Shown: positions 50,721-61,283, numbered from the stretch's first letter. The stretch is DNA of 64,000 bases from an uncultured Gemmatimonadales bacterium (GCA_963779755.1 CAVZZO010000003.1:1756782-1820781); one strand, 5' to 3'. Notes: generated by a model not told the origin, from the letters alone. Translations and numbers: made by a program.

Positions 50721-51051
50721 CGCCAAAGCCCATCTCGACTCGGTATTTCATGCCCTCGCCGACCCTACCCGGCGCAGCATGCTGCGCCGGCTCGCCGGCG
50801 GGGGTGCCCTGGTCAAGGACCTGGCGGAGCCGTTCGCCATGAGCAAGCAGGCGGTCTCCAAGCACCTGCACGTGCTGGAAGAGGCCGGACTGGTGGAGAA
50901 GGTGGCGGAAGGAAGGTCAACCCGGGTCAGGCTGCGGCCGGGCCCGCTGCGAGAGGTGGAAGACTGGATCTCGTTCTACAGCGGCTTCTGGACCGGAAGT
51001 CTGGTAGCGCTGGGCGACATCGTTGACGGAGAAGAGGAGAAAGGCGAATGA
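50713..51051 (+). CDS. ArsR/SmtB family regulator
   Basis: FHALADPTRR, SKQAVSKHLHVLEEAGL. Confidence 0.92.
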   Translation: MVDAKAHLDSVFHALADPTRRSMLRRLAGGGALVKDLAEPFAMSKQAVSKHLHVLEEAGLVEKVAEGRSTRVRLRPGPLREVEDWISFYSGFWTGSLVALGDIVDGEEEKGE

Positions 51052-51479
51052 CGGTTTCCAACGCAGTCATAGTCACGCGGACCTTCCAGGCGCCGCCGGA
51101 GCGGGTGTTCGCCGCGTTCGAGAACCCGGCGGAGATGGGGAAGTGGATGGGCGGGCACGGGGCCAGAACTGAAGTGCACACGCTGGAGGTGCACGAGGGC
51201 GGCGCGGTGCTGGTGCAGATGAGCTGGGACAACGGCATGTCCATCAAGCTCTACGGCACCTTCCAGCGAGTGAAAAAGCCCTCACTGCTTCAGTTCACCT
51301 GGGCGATGGAGGGCGACGACGCCAACAAGGGCGTCGTGACGGTGGAGTTCCGACCCCAGGGAACCGGGACCGAGCTGACCCTGACCCACGAAGGCCTCAC
51401 CGGCCGGGCGCAGGCCCAGTCGAAGGCGGGCTGGAACGGATGGTTTGATCAGCTGCAGCGCCTGGTGGAGGCGGCATAG
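51048..51479 (+). CDS. SRPBCC/AHSA1-like protein
   Basis: RTFQAPPERVFAAF, GTELTLTHE, GWNGWFD. Confidence 0.88.
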   Translation: MTVSNAVIVTRTFQAPPERVFAAFENPAEMGKWMGGHGARTEVHTLEVHEGGAVLVQMSWDNGMSIKLYGTFQRVKKPSLLQFTWAMEGDDANKGVVTVEFRPQGTGTELTLTHEGLTGRAQAQSKAGWNGWFDQLQRLVEAA

Positions 51480-51528
51480 CCCTGCCGAGCGGCGAAGCGG
51501 CGACGGACTTGGTCAGAGGAGGGTCACG

Positions 51529-51765
51529 ATGAACGGAAACAAGTGGGTCCGGCAGATTCACCGCTGGCTGTCCCTGGCCTTTACGGTGGCCGTCGTCGTC
51601 AACATCGTCGAGCGGGGACGGCAGCCTCCCGTCTGGGTCTATCTTCTGGCGCTGGTCGCGCTCGGCCTGCTCCTGCTCACCGGCCTGTACCTGTTCATCC
51701 TGCCGTATCTCAGCCGGTCGCGCAGCGGGCGGCGTGCGGGTAGGGTGACCCCGGTCCTGGAGTGA
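51529..51765 (+). CDS. Small membrane protein
   Basis: RQIHRWLS and LLTGLYLF; AGGAGG RBS. Confidence 0.7.
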   Translation: MNGNKWVRQIHRWLSLAFTVAVVVNIVERGRQPPVWVYLLALVALGLLLLTGLYLFILPYLSRSRSGRRAGRVTPVLE

Positions 51766-51891
51766 ACATGACGGTTCGCCGGACGTCGAGGCAACCGGCC
51801 AGGCGCGGGGACGCGCCCGATCAGGGCGCCGGAGGTCACAGGCGCGAACGCAGGGTGGCGGGGGTGAACACCTCCGCCTTGGGCGCCCGGC

Positions 51892-53310
51892 TCAGCGGGA
51901 TGGGGCCGCGGGGTTTCCCGCGAGATTGGGCTCCATCACCCGGATAAAGAACATGGCATCCATCACGTCGGGCCAGACGGCTCGCATGCCCTGGTTCCCC
52001 AGCGGCCTGCTGACGATGGGCTCCCTGAGCCAACCGCCCTGGGCGGCGGGGGTGCGAAAGTCCAGCAGCGCGTAATCGAAACGAGCGGCGTTGAGCAGTT
52101 CCTCCAGCTCGATGGAGGGATCCTGGTCTTTTTCCGTGACGCTCAGGAAGCTGCCATCGTTGCCCTTCGGATCGCCGATGCCGTGGCTCCCTTCATAGGA
52201 CGTGAAGCCGATCGTGTACGCTTGCCGGCCTGACCTCCCCCACACTCCGTCGCCTACGGTCGCGATACCGGCATAGCTCTGGCGTGGCTCGGCCGGGTTG
52301 ATGGTGGCCTCGATGGTTGACGCCTGACGCACCAGGTGCATGGAGGCTCCCCAGACGATGACCTTCCGGCCGCGGTACTGGTGATCGGTCAGCCAGAGCA
52401 GGTTATCGGCGCCCTGCCGGTCACGCAGATTGAACGCCGTCCAGTTGCGCTCGTCGGGAGTGCCCGGAAAACCGTGCTCCCGTACCCACCACGTCAGCTC
52501 GCCACAGGATTCGAGGCTGCTCAAAACCACCTGTCGCCAGAAGCTCGTCCGGGCTTCGTTGCCAGGAGTCGTGGCCGCAGCCAGCCGGTCCCGCAGCAGC
52601 TCGAGGCCGTCATGGAAGGCCTTGCGCGTGGCGGAGTCCGGGGCCGGCAGCCCGTTGGGGCCGTACTTGTGCCCGAACAGGTTCAGGGCGAGCGTCCTGG
52701 CTTCGGTTCCCGGCGTCGTCACGTCGGAGGTGATGCCGAGCCCGGCCACGAGCGTGTCCAGCTCGTTGAGCAGGCCCCGGGACGTGATCGACGTGAACTG
52801 CAGGTCGAAGCCGGCCAGTTCCAGCGGACGCGCGGACCTCGCCGAGCGTCCGATGTAGTCGAACAGCTCGTAGACCTGGGGACTGCGCGACCACACCGGG
52901 AACATCCCGCGCTGCACCGCCGCACGGGGCTCCTCACCCCGGGCGATCGACTCCCACACCTTCGCCATATCGTAGAAGGGGCTCTCGAAGACCAGCACGT
53001 CGAAACCCATCTGCTCGTGGAGGAACTGCACCAGCCGCGACTTGGCCAGCATGGTCGTGCCGTCGCCGTGGCTGATCTCGCCGAGCATGACGATCCGTGA
53101 GTCGCCGATCATTGCCTTGAGCGGCTGAAGATCGCGATAGTCCCGGTCGGCCGGGTCAACGGTGCGGACCTGGACGGCGTGGGTTCGCAGCCACTTCACC
53201 CGCGGATCGGAAGAAAGTGCCGCGGAGTCGGGGCTCTGGATCGCGGGGCCCTGTGCCTGCGGACCAGCCGCGAGGAACAGGGACAGCAGAGCTGCCACGG
53301 AGATGAACAT
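51892..53310 (-). CDS. Erythromycin esterase family protein, secreted
   Basis: IVMLGEISHG, GFDLQ, RDRQGADN, KVIVWGASMH. Confidence 0.85.
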   Translation of the reverse strand: MFISVAALLSLFLAAGPQAQGPAIQSPDSAALSSDPRVKWLRTHAVQVRTVDPADRDYRDLQPLKAMIGDSRIVMLGEISHGDGTTMLAKSRLVQFLHEQMGFDVLVFESPFYDMAKVWESIARGEEPRAAVQRGMFPVWSRSPQVYELFDYIGRSARSARPLELAGFDLQFTSITSRGLLNELDTLVAGLGITSDVTTPGTEARTLALNLFGHKYGPNGLPAPDSATRKAFHDGLELLRDRLAAATTPGNEARTSFWRQVVLSSLESCGELTWWVREHGFPGTPDERNWTAFNLRDRQGADNLLWLTDHQYRGRKVIVWGASMHLVRQASTIEATINPAEPRQSYAGIATVGDGVWGRSGRQAYTIGFTSYEGSHGIGDPKGNDGSFLSVTEKDQDPSIELEELLNAARFDYALLDFRTPAAQGGWLREPIVSRPLGNQGMRAVWPDVMDAMFFIRVMEPNLAGNPAAPSR

Positions 53311-53446
53311 GGGGCCTTGTGCGCGGACGGCGCAGTGGACTGCCGGCGACGGGGCGGGGACTCATCAGGTCGGCGGACAGGCTGAAGGACGGTACCGCCC
53401 CTCACCGTCGAAGTCAAGCAGCCTCGCTCCCTGCGCAATGCCTCGT

Positions 53447-54400
53447 CTATCTCCGGGAGACTTCCGTGACTTCGTGCCTCCGTGTCGCGGTTTCTTGAGG
53501 AAGCGAGTGGGCTTCGAAGAACGCCCACATCTCCCGCCTCGCGTCAATACTCGCGCTGGTGTGTCCCACGTACCACTCCGGCATTGGTTTCCCGCGGGGG
53601 CCAGGTGTGGCCGCCGTTCTGGATGGTATTGAGCACCACGGCCGCGTCGCCCTCGCAGCCCGTGTATTCCAGGCGTGAGACGTCCGGGGCTACGGTAGAT
53701 TCGGCCGGCGTCTCCCCGCAGCCGTTTCTCGCGGCCCAGCTCGCCATGAAGTCGCGGATGGCGGGGAACACCGGCTTCACCGGATTGAACGGATCGCCCA
53801 GCGGGCCGCCGGCGTAGGGCACCATCGGGTCGGCGGTGCCGTGGAAGGCGATCACCGGTGTTGGCCGGGTGCTCCTGCACCAGTCGGCAGGCAACGCCTG
53901 GGCCGGGGCCACCATCCCCACCGCCGCAATCCGGCCGGCCATGGTGCAGGAGAGTACGTACGCCATCCCGCCGCCGTTGGAGATCCCGTTGGCGTAGATC
54001 CGGGTCGAGTCGATGGTGTAGGCCGACTGCAGCGTGTCGATCAGGTCGGCGATGAAGCGGATGTCCCGCTCCAGCGCCGCGGCGGCATTGAACGTGTTCC
54101 AGATCCTCGCCACCCCCAGGAACTGCGGCGTGCCGGCGGGATACACCACAATGAAGCCCTGCTCGTCGGCCAGCCGGTTCCAGTGGGTCAGGTGCATCTG
54201 CTGGGCGGGCCAGGTGGCGCCGGCATGCATGCTGATGACCAGCGGCACCGGGCGGATGGAGTCGTAACTCGGCGACAGGTGGAGGAGATACTCCCGCTGC
54301 TCGCCCGAGGAGACGATGCTCCGGGTGCCGCGGTCCTCGACCCGGATGGTGAGAACGGCGAGGAACAGGATGGCGAGCGGGAGCCGAGGAGCGAGGAACT
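53447..54400 (-). pseudogene. PHB-depolymerase-like esterase, start lost at the island junction, frameshift near 53597
   Basis: REYLLHL, PLVISMHA, GFIVVYPAG, GISNGG; no in-frame start before the upstream stop. Confidence 0.75.
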
Positions 54401-54414
54401 TCGATATTTCTGGT

Positions 54415-54441
54415 AGTATGGCTTAGCGGTTAAGCCATACT
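54415..54441. other. Perfect 11-bp inverted repeat at the island left border
   Basis: AGTATGGCTTA-GCGGT-TAAGCCATACT, with a partial direct repeat at 54452-54467. Confidence 0.75.
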
Positions 54442-54518
54442 TTGCGCCTGGCGGTAGTTTGGCTTAGCCGGAAGTGAACAACGGCGACCTGCGAGCGCAA
54501 ACGCTGACCACGGTAGAT

Positions 54519-55520
54519 CTACCTTCTATGAACAATCCCGCTGCACAGTGGGCCAGCTAGCCTCCAATCACTTGGCCTTAATGGGGCGACATGTTCGAGG
54601 CTAGACACAAACGAGACTTTACTGACTCCGTGCGGAAGCGGGCCTCGAATGCTCGGAATATCTGTAGCGGCATAGAATGCCAAGCTGTGGCGCGCCATCT
54701 CGAGATCAAATGCTGTCTTCCTTGCAACTTCCCAACCGACACCCAGGGTCTGAGCACAGACTCTCTCCACCCGCCCTGAAAGATCCGAGTCGCCCCTAAC
54801 AACAAGGCGCGCCTCATCCCACAGCTGCCCTAGACTCTTCCCACCGGCGGATGGTTGTGTAATAACGGATGCAATTACTACACTGGCTCCTTCGGGGGGA
54901 GACACCTGTTCATATGAAAAGTGGTGTTCTCGCACTCCGCGAACCGAGCTCTTTGCATCAATTCTCTCTGACCCACAAGCGAAGTCATAACGTTCGGTTC
55001 GCTTAGCATGCCAAGCTCTCAGGCTTCCGGCAGGGTCGACTGAGTAAACTGCAAGAAAGAGTTCAGCCCAAAGCCCCACAACTGTACCAGTTCCTGGGCT
55101 CTCTAGAGCAGAAAACAATTCCATTAATTGCGTTAGGATACGAACTATCCCACCTCGCAACTCGCCTACTCGCGCGTTCTGTAACACACTGGAGAGTACA
55201 GAAACGAAGTACCTCATCAACTCTTCTGAGGCGTCTACGCAGCGAATAAGCGTAAAGTCGTCCTCCGTGCTCGAGGAATCAAGAACGACCCTACAACGCA
55301 TCCGCTGATTCACAACGAGATGTCTAAGCGAGATGTCAAATGGGGCCGTGTCCAAGACAGCCCCAGCAGGGTCCCTCTTCAATAGCATACAAGGGGAACC
55401 AGATGCGTCTTTCCCCAAAAGGATGTCACCCAACCCATCAACGGCAGTACAGGAAAAGATGCCCGGATCTGTTGGCTCAGGAATACGAGCGAACGTATCC
55501 CACAACTCAGATAATATCAT
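54519..55520 (-). CDS. PD-(D/E)XK motif protein (DUF4420-like)
   Basis: GLWAEL, YDF..IDAKSS..REHHFSYEQ; downstream of Z1. Confidence 0.78.
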   Translation of the reverse strand: MILSELWDTFARIPEPTDPGIFSCTAVDGLGDILLGKDASGSPCMLLKRDPAGAVLDTAPFDISLRHLVVNQRMRCRVVLDSSSTEDDFTLIRCVDASEELMRYFVSVLSSVLQNARVGELRGGIVRILTQLMELFSALESPGTGTVVGLWAELFLAVYSVDPAGSLRAWHAKRTERYDFACGSERIDAKSSVRGVREHHFSYEQVSPPEGASVVIASVITQPSAGGKSLGQLWDEARLVVRGDSDLSGRVERVCAQTLGVGWEVARKTAFDLEMARHSLAFYAATDIPSIRGPLPHGVSKVSFVSSLEHVAPLRPSDWRLAGPLCSGIVHRR

Positions 55521-57777
55521 TGGTGACTTGTGGCTGGAACAGAATGTGTTCGATAACGCCTTCCGGGAGATGAACGGCAAGGATCGGCGCTTCCCTGATC
55601 AACAACCTACCATCGCTAATTGGCCCTCGAAAGAAGGTGATGGTGTGAACCTGGACGGTCACCTCGTCCTCGGTATAGATCTGGCGGTCACCCGGATAGA
55701 TCTCGCCTTGACGCGTCGTAGCGGTATCCCTTGGGGGAGCGGCACCCTGCAATAGGTTGGAGATGTGGTGCGTGGTTGACTCACAGGATCGCGTCCTGAT
55801 TTTTCCATTGCTGATTCTGACTATTGTCGCCGTCGCTCCTGGCTCCGCAGTCAGAATGACCGCGATGCCTGCCAGCATGATTACCCAGCGAGCCGTGTCA
55901 GCATCATTCCCTGGTCGATACTCGGCCAGCAGGGTCTCGTACATATCCTTTAGAGATATCCCTTGGAGGTAGGAATGGCTCTGGATCTCCGTGCGACGGT
56001 CGTCACCGGGCCATGGGACAAGGTCACTCTCCAAGGGGTGCATGAAAGTTGATACCAACCTCCTGTTGCTTTCTGCTACTTCTTGACTGGAAGGGGGGAT
56101 CAGTGGTACATGCCAACCGCCCTGGAGGCGCAAGCGTTGGTAGTCGGTATCAAAGACAGCACGTCGTGTCGGCTCCAAGGTCGGATCAAGCAAGAAGACA
56201 CGTCGAAACTCGGCCAGTGGGCGACCACTTTCTGCGAATGCGGCAAGATGATCCCGTAGCTCCTGCTCGTGACGAGTATACTCCCAATATGCATCACGAA
56301 CCTCCGCTTCAAGAAATATCCTGCAGAAGCCCAGGTAGGGCCTCTTATAGCCGAAGAACCTGGCACGCTGTTGAAGGGTGTCAGCGTTACCTACGCCAGG
56401 GCCCCTCGGCATATAGCTCACCGTGAGCCCTTCGACTGTGAAGCCTCTATCCAAGACCTGGCCACCAATGAGAATCCAAGCGTAACATCTGCCCCACTGA
56501 ATTCCCCGAACTTCTGCCTGAGAGTTCACCTCTTGGATACGTGCTTCTCTCAAGGCATGCGGCAAGAATTGCGCAAGTTCCTCAAAGTTCTCAAGGTCAG
56601 CTTCAGTTGCCCGAAGGTCTTGCCATTCTCGCCGGAACTCGTCCAAGAGAGACGACCGGTCTTCCGGTCCCAACTGACCGGTCAACGTATCAACCCAAAG
56701 GGTACGGATGGCACGCACCCATCTCGTATAATGCTGATGTGATGCAACCAGTCGAGAGGGGTGCACCATCATTGATCGATTTCGAGGTCTGCCGTCTCTA
56801 CGCAGGAATCCTGAAGCTACCCCTATGAAAAACAGTCGCAGCGACCGCTTCAACGTCTCAGGCGGATCATCGAATGGGTGATCACGATCAGGTATTTCAT
56901 TGTCCGGAATGACCTCCACATAGGGAGATCGTGGCGGCATGAGTTCCCGACCACCCACGTAATCCGCCCCCGGGTTGAGAACTACTGCCGATTGAGGTGA
57001 CAGTTCGTCTAGGATACTGATCAGCAGAGGGGCCTGAGGGGTTGCGGTATACTGCAGATATGAGTGGCGCGGGAGTCTGGCTCTCAGGTTAAGAACGCGC
57101 TGGTAGGTAGTGCTGAATTCCCCCTGCCTGACGCGGTTGTTTAAGCTTGCCTGGTCCGCCTCGTCGTCGATTATTAGAGCCGGGACGTCGACATGACTGC
57201 CTAGCTGTTGGAGCAGGGCCGTCAGATGTCTCAGGTTTTGATGGTTCTTCAACAGAGTTACAAGAACTGTCGGGCGTTGGCTCGAAGGTACGACTGGATC
57301 ACTCCAAGTGGCAAGCGTATTGCGAATTGCCTCTGCCTCACCCACTCGGGGGTTGTGAAATGGTTGCCAAGGAGCGAACGGCCGTTCGAGAATTCCTAAG
57401 TCTGCCAAGAGTCTATCCCGCGACTGATCGGCCAACTCCCGCGTTGCACCTGACAGCACGATAACAAGCCTAAAGGCATTGTCGTGAGCCAGCGCCGCCA
57501 CTGTTGTAAACGACAGAGTCTTACCGCTCTGTACATATCCCATTACTAGGCCGGTGTGGGTACCACCCTCGGTGGCAGCCGGCAGACAAGTCGCAAGAAC
57601 ATCCCTTGCGGACGCGAGTACCTCAGCCTGTTCTTCGCTTGTCGCCAACTGACGCCGCACCACCAAAGCAGCCTCTTCGCCAATCACCGGCTCCCATCGG
57701 TGGCTAGGGCCAATCGCGAGATTACGACCCTGGAGGATTTCAGCAATTCCAAGGGGCAATGGGTCGGGGTAGGTCAC
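55507..57777 (-). CDS. Z1-domain SF2-helicase-like protein
   Basis: GYVQSGKT, IIDDEADQASLN, YTATPQA, RGFTVEGLTVSY, DTLQQRARFFGY. Confidence 0.92.
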   Translation of the reverse strand: MTYPDPLPLGIAEILQGRNLAIGPSHRWEPVIGEEAALVVRRQLATSEEQAEVLASARDVLATCLPAATEGGTHTGLVMGYVQSGKTLSFTTVAALAHDNAFRLVIVLSGATRELADQSRDRLLADLGILERPFAPWQPFHNPRVGEAEAIRNTLATWSDPVVPSSQRPTVLVTLLKNHQNLRHLTALLQQLGSHVDVPALIIDDEADQASLNNRVRQGEFSTTYQRVLNLRARLPRHSYLQYTATPQAPLLISILDELSPQSAVVLNPGADYVGGRELMPPRSPYVEVIPDNEIPDRDHPFDDPPETLKRSLRLFFIGVASGFLRRDGRPRNRSMMVHPSRLVASHQHYTRWVRAIRTLWVDTLTGQLGPEDRSSLLDEFRREWQDLRATEADLENFEELAQFLPHALREARIQEVNSQAEVRGIQWGRCYAWILIGGQVLDRGFTVEGLTVSYMPRGPGVGNADTLQQRARFFGYKRPYLGFCRIFLEAEVRDAYWEYTRHEQELRDHLAAFAESGRPLAEFRRVFLLDPTLEPTRRAVFDTDYQRLRLQGGWHVPLIPPSSQEVAESNRRLVSTFMHPLESDLVPWPGDDRRTEIQSHSYLQGISLKDMYETLLAEYRPGNDADTARWVIMLAGIAVILTAEPGATATIVRISNGKIRTRSCESTTHHISNLLQGAAPPRDTATTRQGEIYPGDRQIYTEDEVTVQVHTITFFRGPISDGRLLIREAPILAVHLPEGVIEHILFQPQVTNDII

Positions 57778-57855
57778 GTTCCCTCCGAAGTTTGCTTCTC
57801 GGCGTGATTCTCTCGCTAGACGCGGCCGTCCGGCTCCTATAGAATGGCTAAAGCT

Positions 57856-59394
57856 TCACGGAGAGACTCGATTCAGCTTGGCACGTACTGCACCCGCTCC
57901 AAGTATCCCCCCCCGCCTGGCCAACTTCTCAGCCAATCCAATTGCAGCAGCCACTCGTAAGAGAGGCTCTATGCGCTCCGGATCCGATCCGGCAAAACGC
58001 TGCATGAAGGGATGAGCCAAGTTCAAGCGCAAGCCCACGGACTCTCGTGAGCGACCGGCGGGCAGAGTTGATGTCCTTGATTCTGCAAGGCTTAGCCAAT
58101 CACCGACTGCAGGGTCATTAGACAGTTCGAGGAGTATCCTCCAGTCCTCGCCTTCAAGACTTAGATCAATAACCCGCCTGTCGAGTTCTTCTGCCGCGGG
58201 TAGTGCAACGGGCACCTGAGGTGTATTCTGGGAACTCAGGTGCGTAATTAGTTCCCTACCACCCTTTTCCAAGGCTTTGGCCGTTCGATTACCGACCTGT
58301 GCAGCTGCGCGCTTGAGATCTCTTCGATTCTGTTTTGCCCTGAAGTTGTTGGCCTGCCGCAGAAGCCTCAGGGGTGGCTTATCAAGTTCCTCCTTCAAGA
58401 GGTCCAGAAAAGGCTCTTCTGCTTCATCCCATTTGAACCCGTCTTTTGTGTGTGTGACATCAAAACCTTCTAGATGGAGTTCGCCAAACACACGCTGCGC
58501 CGGGTACGTGTTCGGAGTACCGACCAAACGCTGAGGCCGATATTTCTCGTCCGAACTACCTACGATCAAGCGTTTACGCCGAAATAATGAGAACCCGGCC
58601 TCGGTTGTGCTCGCCGTTGCCCTTAACCCAGCGAAACCGTTAGCCCTCAGACCCTCACCGAAATCGAAATCGATTTCCTTTAGCCACTCTCTTGGGTCAC
58701 CGACGGGCTGGTTGGCGTCGTTATACTCCGGTGCTTGAAGGGCTTCAGGTTCTTGATACTCCAACCTTGAACCGTCCAGCATCAACTCAAGCGTCCCCTC
58801 ACGTGTGAACACTCTATAGATCTCTGCGAGGTGAGCCTTGATCTTACCCACTGTTCGACCCACAGGCTTCTCATGCAGCCGCGTTAGGGTTATCTCCGTG
58901 AAATGCGTCATGGGCTCTATCGGACGCTCGTTGATCTGCAACTCTTCAATATTGTCATGCACAATCTTGTCGATATCAAATGTTATTTCTCGCTCAACCG
59001 GATCACCGAACGCAGTAGTCCTGACAATCCAGTACGGGCTGAACCAACATGCAGCGCTCTTCATTCCCATTCCAAACTCCGAGAGACCGTGCCTATCCGG
59101 GGGAATAGCCGCGGGTCGGAACGCGCGTGGGAAGTCCTCCGATCTTATTCCCGCGGCATCGTCTCGGATCACGATTGCCCCACCGTTGGCATCGTCTCTC
59201 TCCAGTGCAACATGAAGAACAGGGTGGGCTTCAATGGCCGCCAGAGCATCCCTATGGTCCAGGAAGCTCTGGATGGCATTGTCCACAAATTCTGCAAGAG
59301 CAAACCACGGTCGATAGTTCAGGTTCTTAAGGAGGCCCAGTACACTTACGCCAGGACGTATATTGACTGTTTTCCCCGACACGTGTCCTCCCAT
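57856..59394 (-). CDS. GHKL/MORC-type (HATPase_c_3) ATPase
   Basis: ALAEFVDNAI, IRDDAAGI, SEFGMGMKSA. Confidence 0.9.
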   Translation of the reverse strand: MGGHVSGKTVNIRPGVSVLGLLKNLNYRPWFALAEFVDNAIQSFLDHRDALAAIEAHPVLHVALERDDANGGAIVIRDDAAGIRSEDFPRAFRPAAIPPDRHGLSEFGMGMKSAACWFSPYWIVRTTAFGDPVEREITFDIDKIVHDNIEELQINERPIEPMTHFTEITLTRLHEKPVGRTVGKIKAHLAEIYRVFTREGTLELMLDGSRLEYQEPEALQAPEYNDANQPVGDPREWLKEIDFDFGEGLRANGFAGLRATASTTEAGFSLFRRKRLIVGSSDEKYRPQRLVGTPNTYPAQRVFGELHLEGFDVTHTKDGFKWDEAEEPFLDLLKEELDKPPLRLLRQANNFRAKQNRRDLKRAAAQVGNRTAKALEKGGRELITHLSSQNTPQVPVALPAAEELDRRVIDLSLEGEDWRILLELSNDPAVGDWLSLAESRTSTLPAGRSRESVGLRLNLAHPFMQRFAGSDPERIEPLLRVAAAIGLAEKLARRGGILGAGAVRAKLNRVSP

Positions 59395-59418
59395 CGCTGA
59401 GAATTCGACCTTCGTCCT

Positions 59419-60732
59419 CTAGCGCGGACCTGCAAGCAACTCCTGAGCAATAGCTGTCACTACACCAACGTGGACCGCATTACCCAGGGCCGCAAACGCG
59501 CGGTCACGAGCCTTTGGAAGGAGGTGACTATCCGGAAAACCTTGCAGTCGGAGGCCTTCGATTCGTGAAATGAAGCGCCTTTTCGGACCTATGATCGGGA
59601 TCTGGGTTGTTGTCATCGCTACAAGCGCTGGAACGCTCGTAGCTCTTTTCGCACGGAGTCCGGAGGGCCTAAACTGCAATATATGACGCCAGAGATTCCG
59701 ATCCTCCCCCTTGCAGTTCCACTCCAACTTGCGCAATGACGGCGGGTATAATCGAAGCTCGCGAATCCAGCGCCGAGGAAGATACTTATCGATACCGCCA
59801 AGCCATTCACGGTTCTTCTTGATAAAGTTGATCTTCCATTCGGGAAAGCGAGACACTGCTGAGCGAGCATAGGCTGGCAAGAGTGAGGATTGGCTGCCAC
59901 CATTCTTGCTCTGACCGACTCGCGACCGAGCCTGCTTTGAGCTGTATTCTGAAGCTGCAAATGGGGTCTGCTCTATAAACGGATAGGTCGACCAGAGTTC
60001 ATCCGCCCAGATTGGAAAAGAAGGAAGTGGGATTCTCTGGGGGATATAGGACAGAAATGCATTCCAGTGTTCTATGCACTTGAATTGCGCTACGCTCAGG
60101 CGCGTCTCACGTCGATCCAGCGGGCTCAGATCTGAATTTCTCTGTAGGATCGTATTGATGCTAGTGCGTCGCTTTCGCTGACGAGTCGGGAAAGGATCAG
60201 TATGGATAGTGGTGCGGGACGCGACGATAAAGAATCGTTCCCGCGAATGGGGATACCCTAAATGATGCGGCGATACCAACCCGTGGCCACCGGAAGCAAT
60301 GTGCGTAGTGCCTCTCACATGATACCCCAAGGCATTCAGGCTGTCTTGAACAATTCTCCAGGTCCTTCCGTTGTTGTGGCGTTCGAAATTGCCGACGTTC
60401 TCGAGGATTACAAAGCGCGGACGGTGTTCAGAGAGAATCGCCACAATCTCATGAAAGAGGGTGCCCCGCGTACGATCCCGCATCCCACTCTGCGCTCCTG
60501 ATTTTGAGAACGGTTGGCAAGGAAAACCTGCACAGAGGATGTCGTGCGCGGGGACAGCGTGTCGATGTAGTCGTATGTCACCGAATACCCGCCCATGCAT
60601 GCTCGGGAAATTCTTGAGATAGAGAGCTCGCAACTCATCATCTATCTCCGACGCAAACACGCACTTATGACCTAGCGAAGTGAGTGCTAGATGGAATCCT
60701 CCCAATCCAGCGAAAAGATCAACGAATCTCAC
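59419..60732 (-). CDS. dcm: DNA cytosine-5 methyltransferase
   Basis: DLFAGLGGF, GFPCQPFS, ENV, RERFFIV, LQGFP, GNAV. Confidence 0.95.
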   Translation of the reverse strand: MRFVDLFAGLGGFHLALTSLGHKCVFASEIDDELRALYLKNFPSMHGRVFGDIRLHRHAVPAHDILCAGFPCQPFSKSGAQSGMRDRTRGTLFHEIVAILSEHRPRFVILENVGNFERHNNGRTWRIVQDSLNALGYHVRGTTHIASGGHGLVSPHHLGYPHSRERFFIVASRTTIHTDPFPTRQRKRRTSINTILQRNSDLSPLDRRETRLSVAQFKCIEHWNAFLSYIPQRIPLPSFPIWADELWSTYPFIEQTPFAASEYSSKQARSRVGQSKNGGSQSSLLPAYARSAVSRFPEWKINFIKKNREWLGGIDKYLPRRWIRELRLYPPSLRKLEWNCKGEDRNLWRHILQFRPSGLRAKRATSVPALVAMTTTQIPIIGPKRRFISRIEGLRLQGFPDSHLLPKARDRAFAALGNAVHVGVVTAIAQELLAGPR

Positions 60733-61283
60733 GGTTGACTCACGGCGATGTGGAACGGAAGCACGCCTGAATCTCAGTTAGGGGAGAGCATTTGAAGCAT
60801 GTTCCGTGAATTTCGCGAAAAGCAAAGGCGAGGACCAGGGCTCCTGCGAAACTGGCATCGAACTCTGAACGGCGCGCTCGCTTGGGAAACTGTCCGTCCA
60901 ATGGGTCGCGATGGCCGTAACGCATACTTGAGATACCCCTGTGCGATCTGCCGTTCAAACCATTGAATGGGCGCAGTTCTCACCCAGACAACCTATCCGC
61001 CAAGCGCCATCCCGCTAGGGACACCAGCATTAAGCCGCCAAGGGAGTGAACCACCATGGCCAGCTGACTAACTCCCTCTCAGTTAACACCTCGTTCTGGT
61101 GCACCAGATAGATCAGGAACCTATTCACGACATAAATAGCAATTATCACGACGTGAATACTGTCCTGGGCTTCGGTCCCATGTTATCGCCAGCCTGTAAC
61201 ACAGGCGCTCGCACGGTCCATTGAGCTGACCCCGGTTCGGTGGACACTAGGTTTAGGTGTCTTACCGCAGACGGGAGGTCAGC

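Noticed and set aside
51892..53310. Macrolide resistance gene
   Set aside because: Only family-level similarity; a secreted homologue of unknown substrate
54415..54441. XerCD dif site
   Set aside because: The arms do not resemble XerC/XerD boxes and the spacer is 5 bp, not 6
60740..61200. Vsr or controller gene upstream of dcm
   Set aside because: The short ORFs show no recognisable Vsr or HTH motifs
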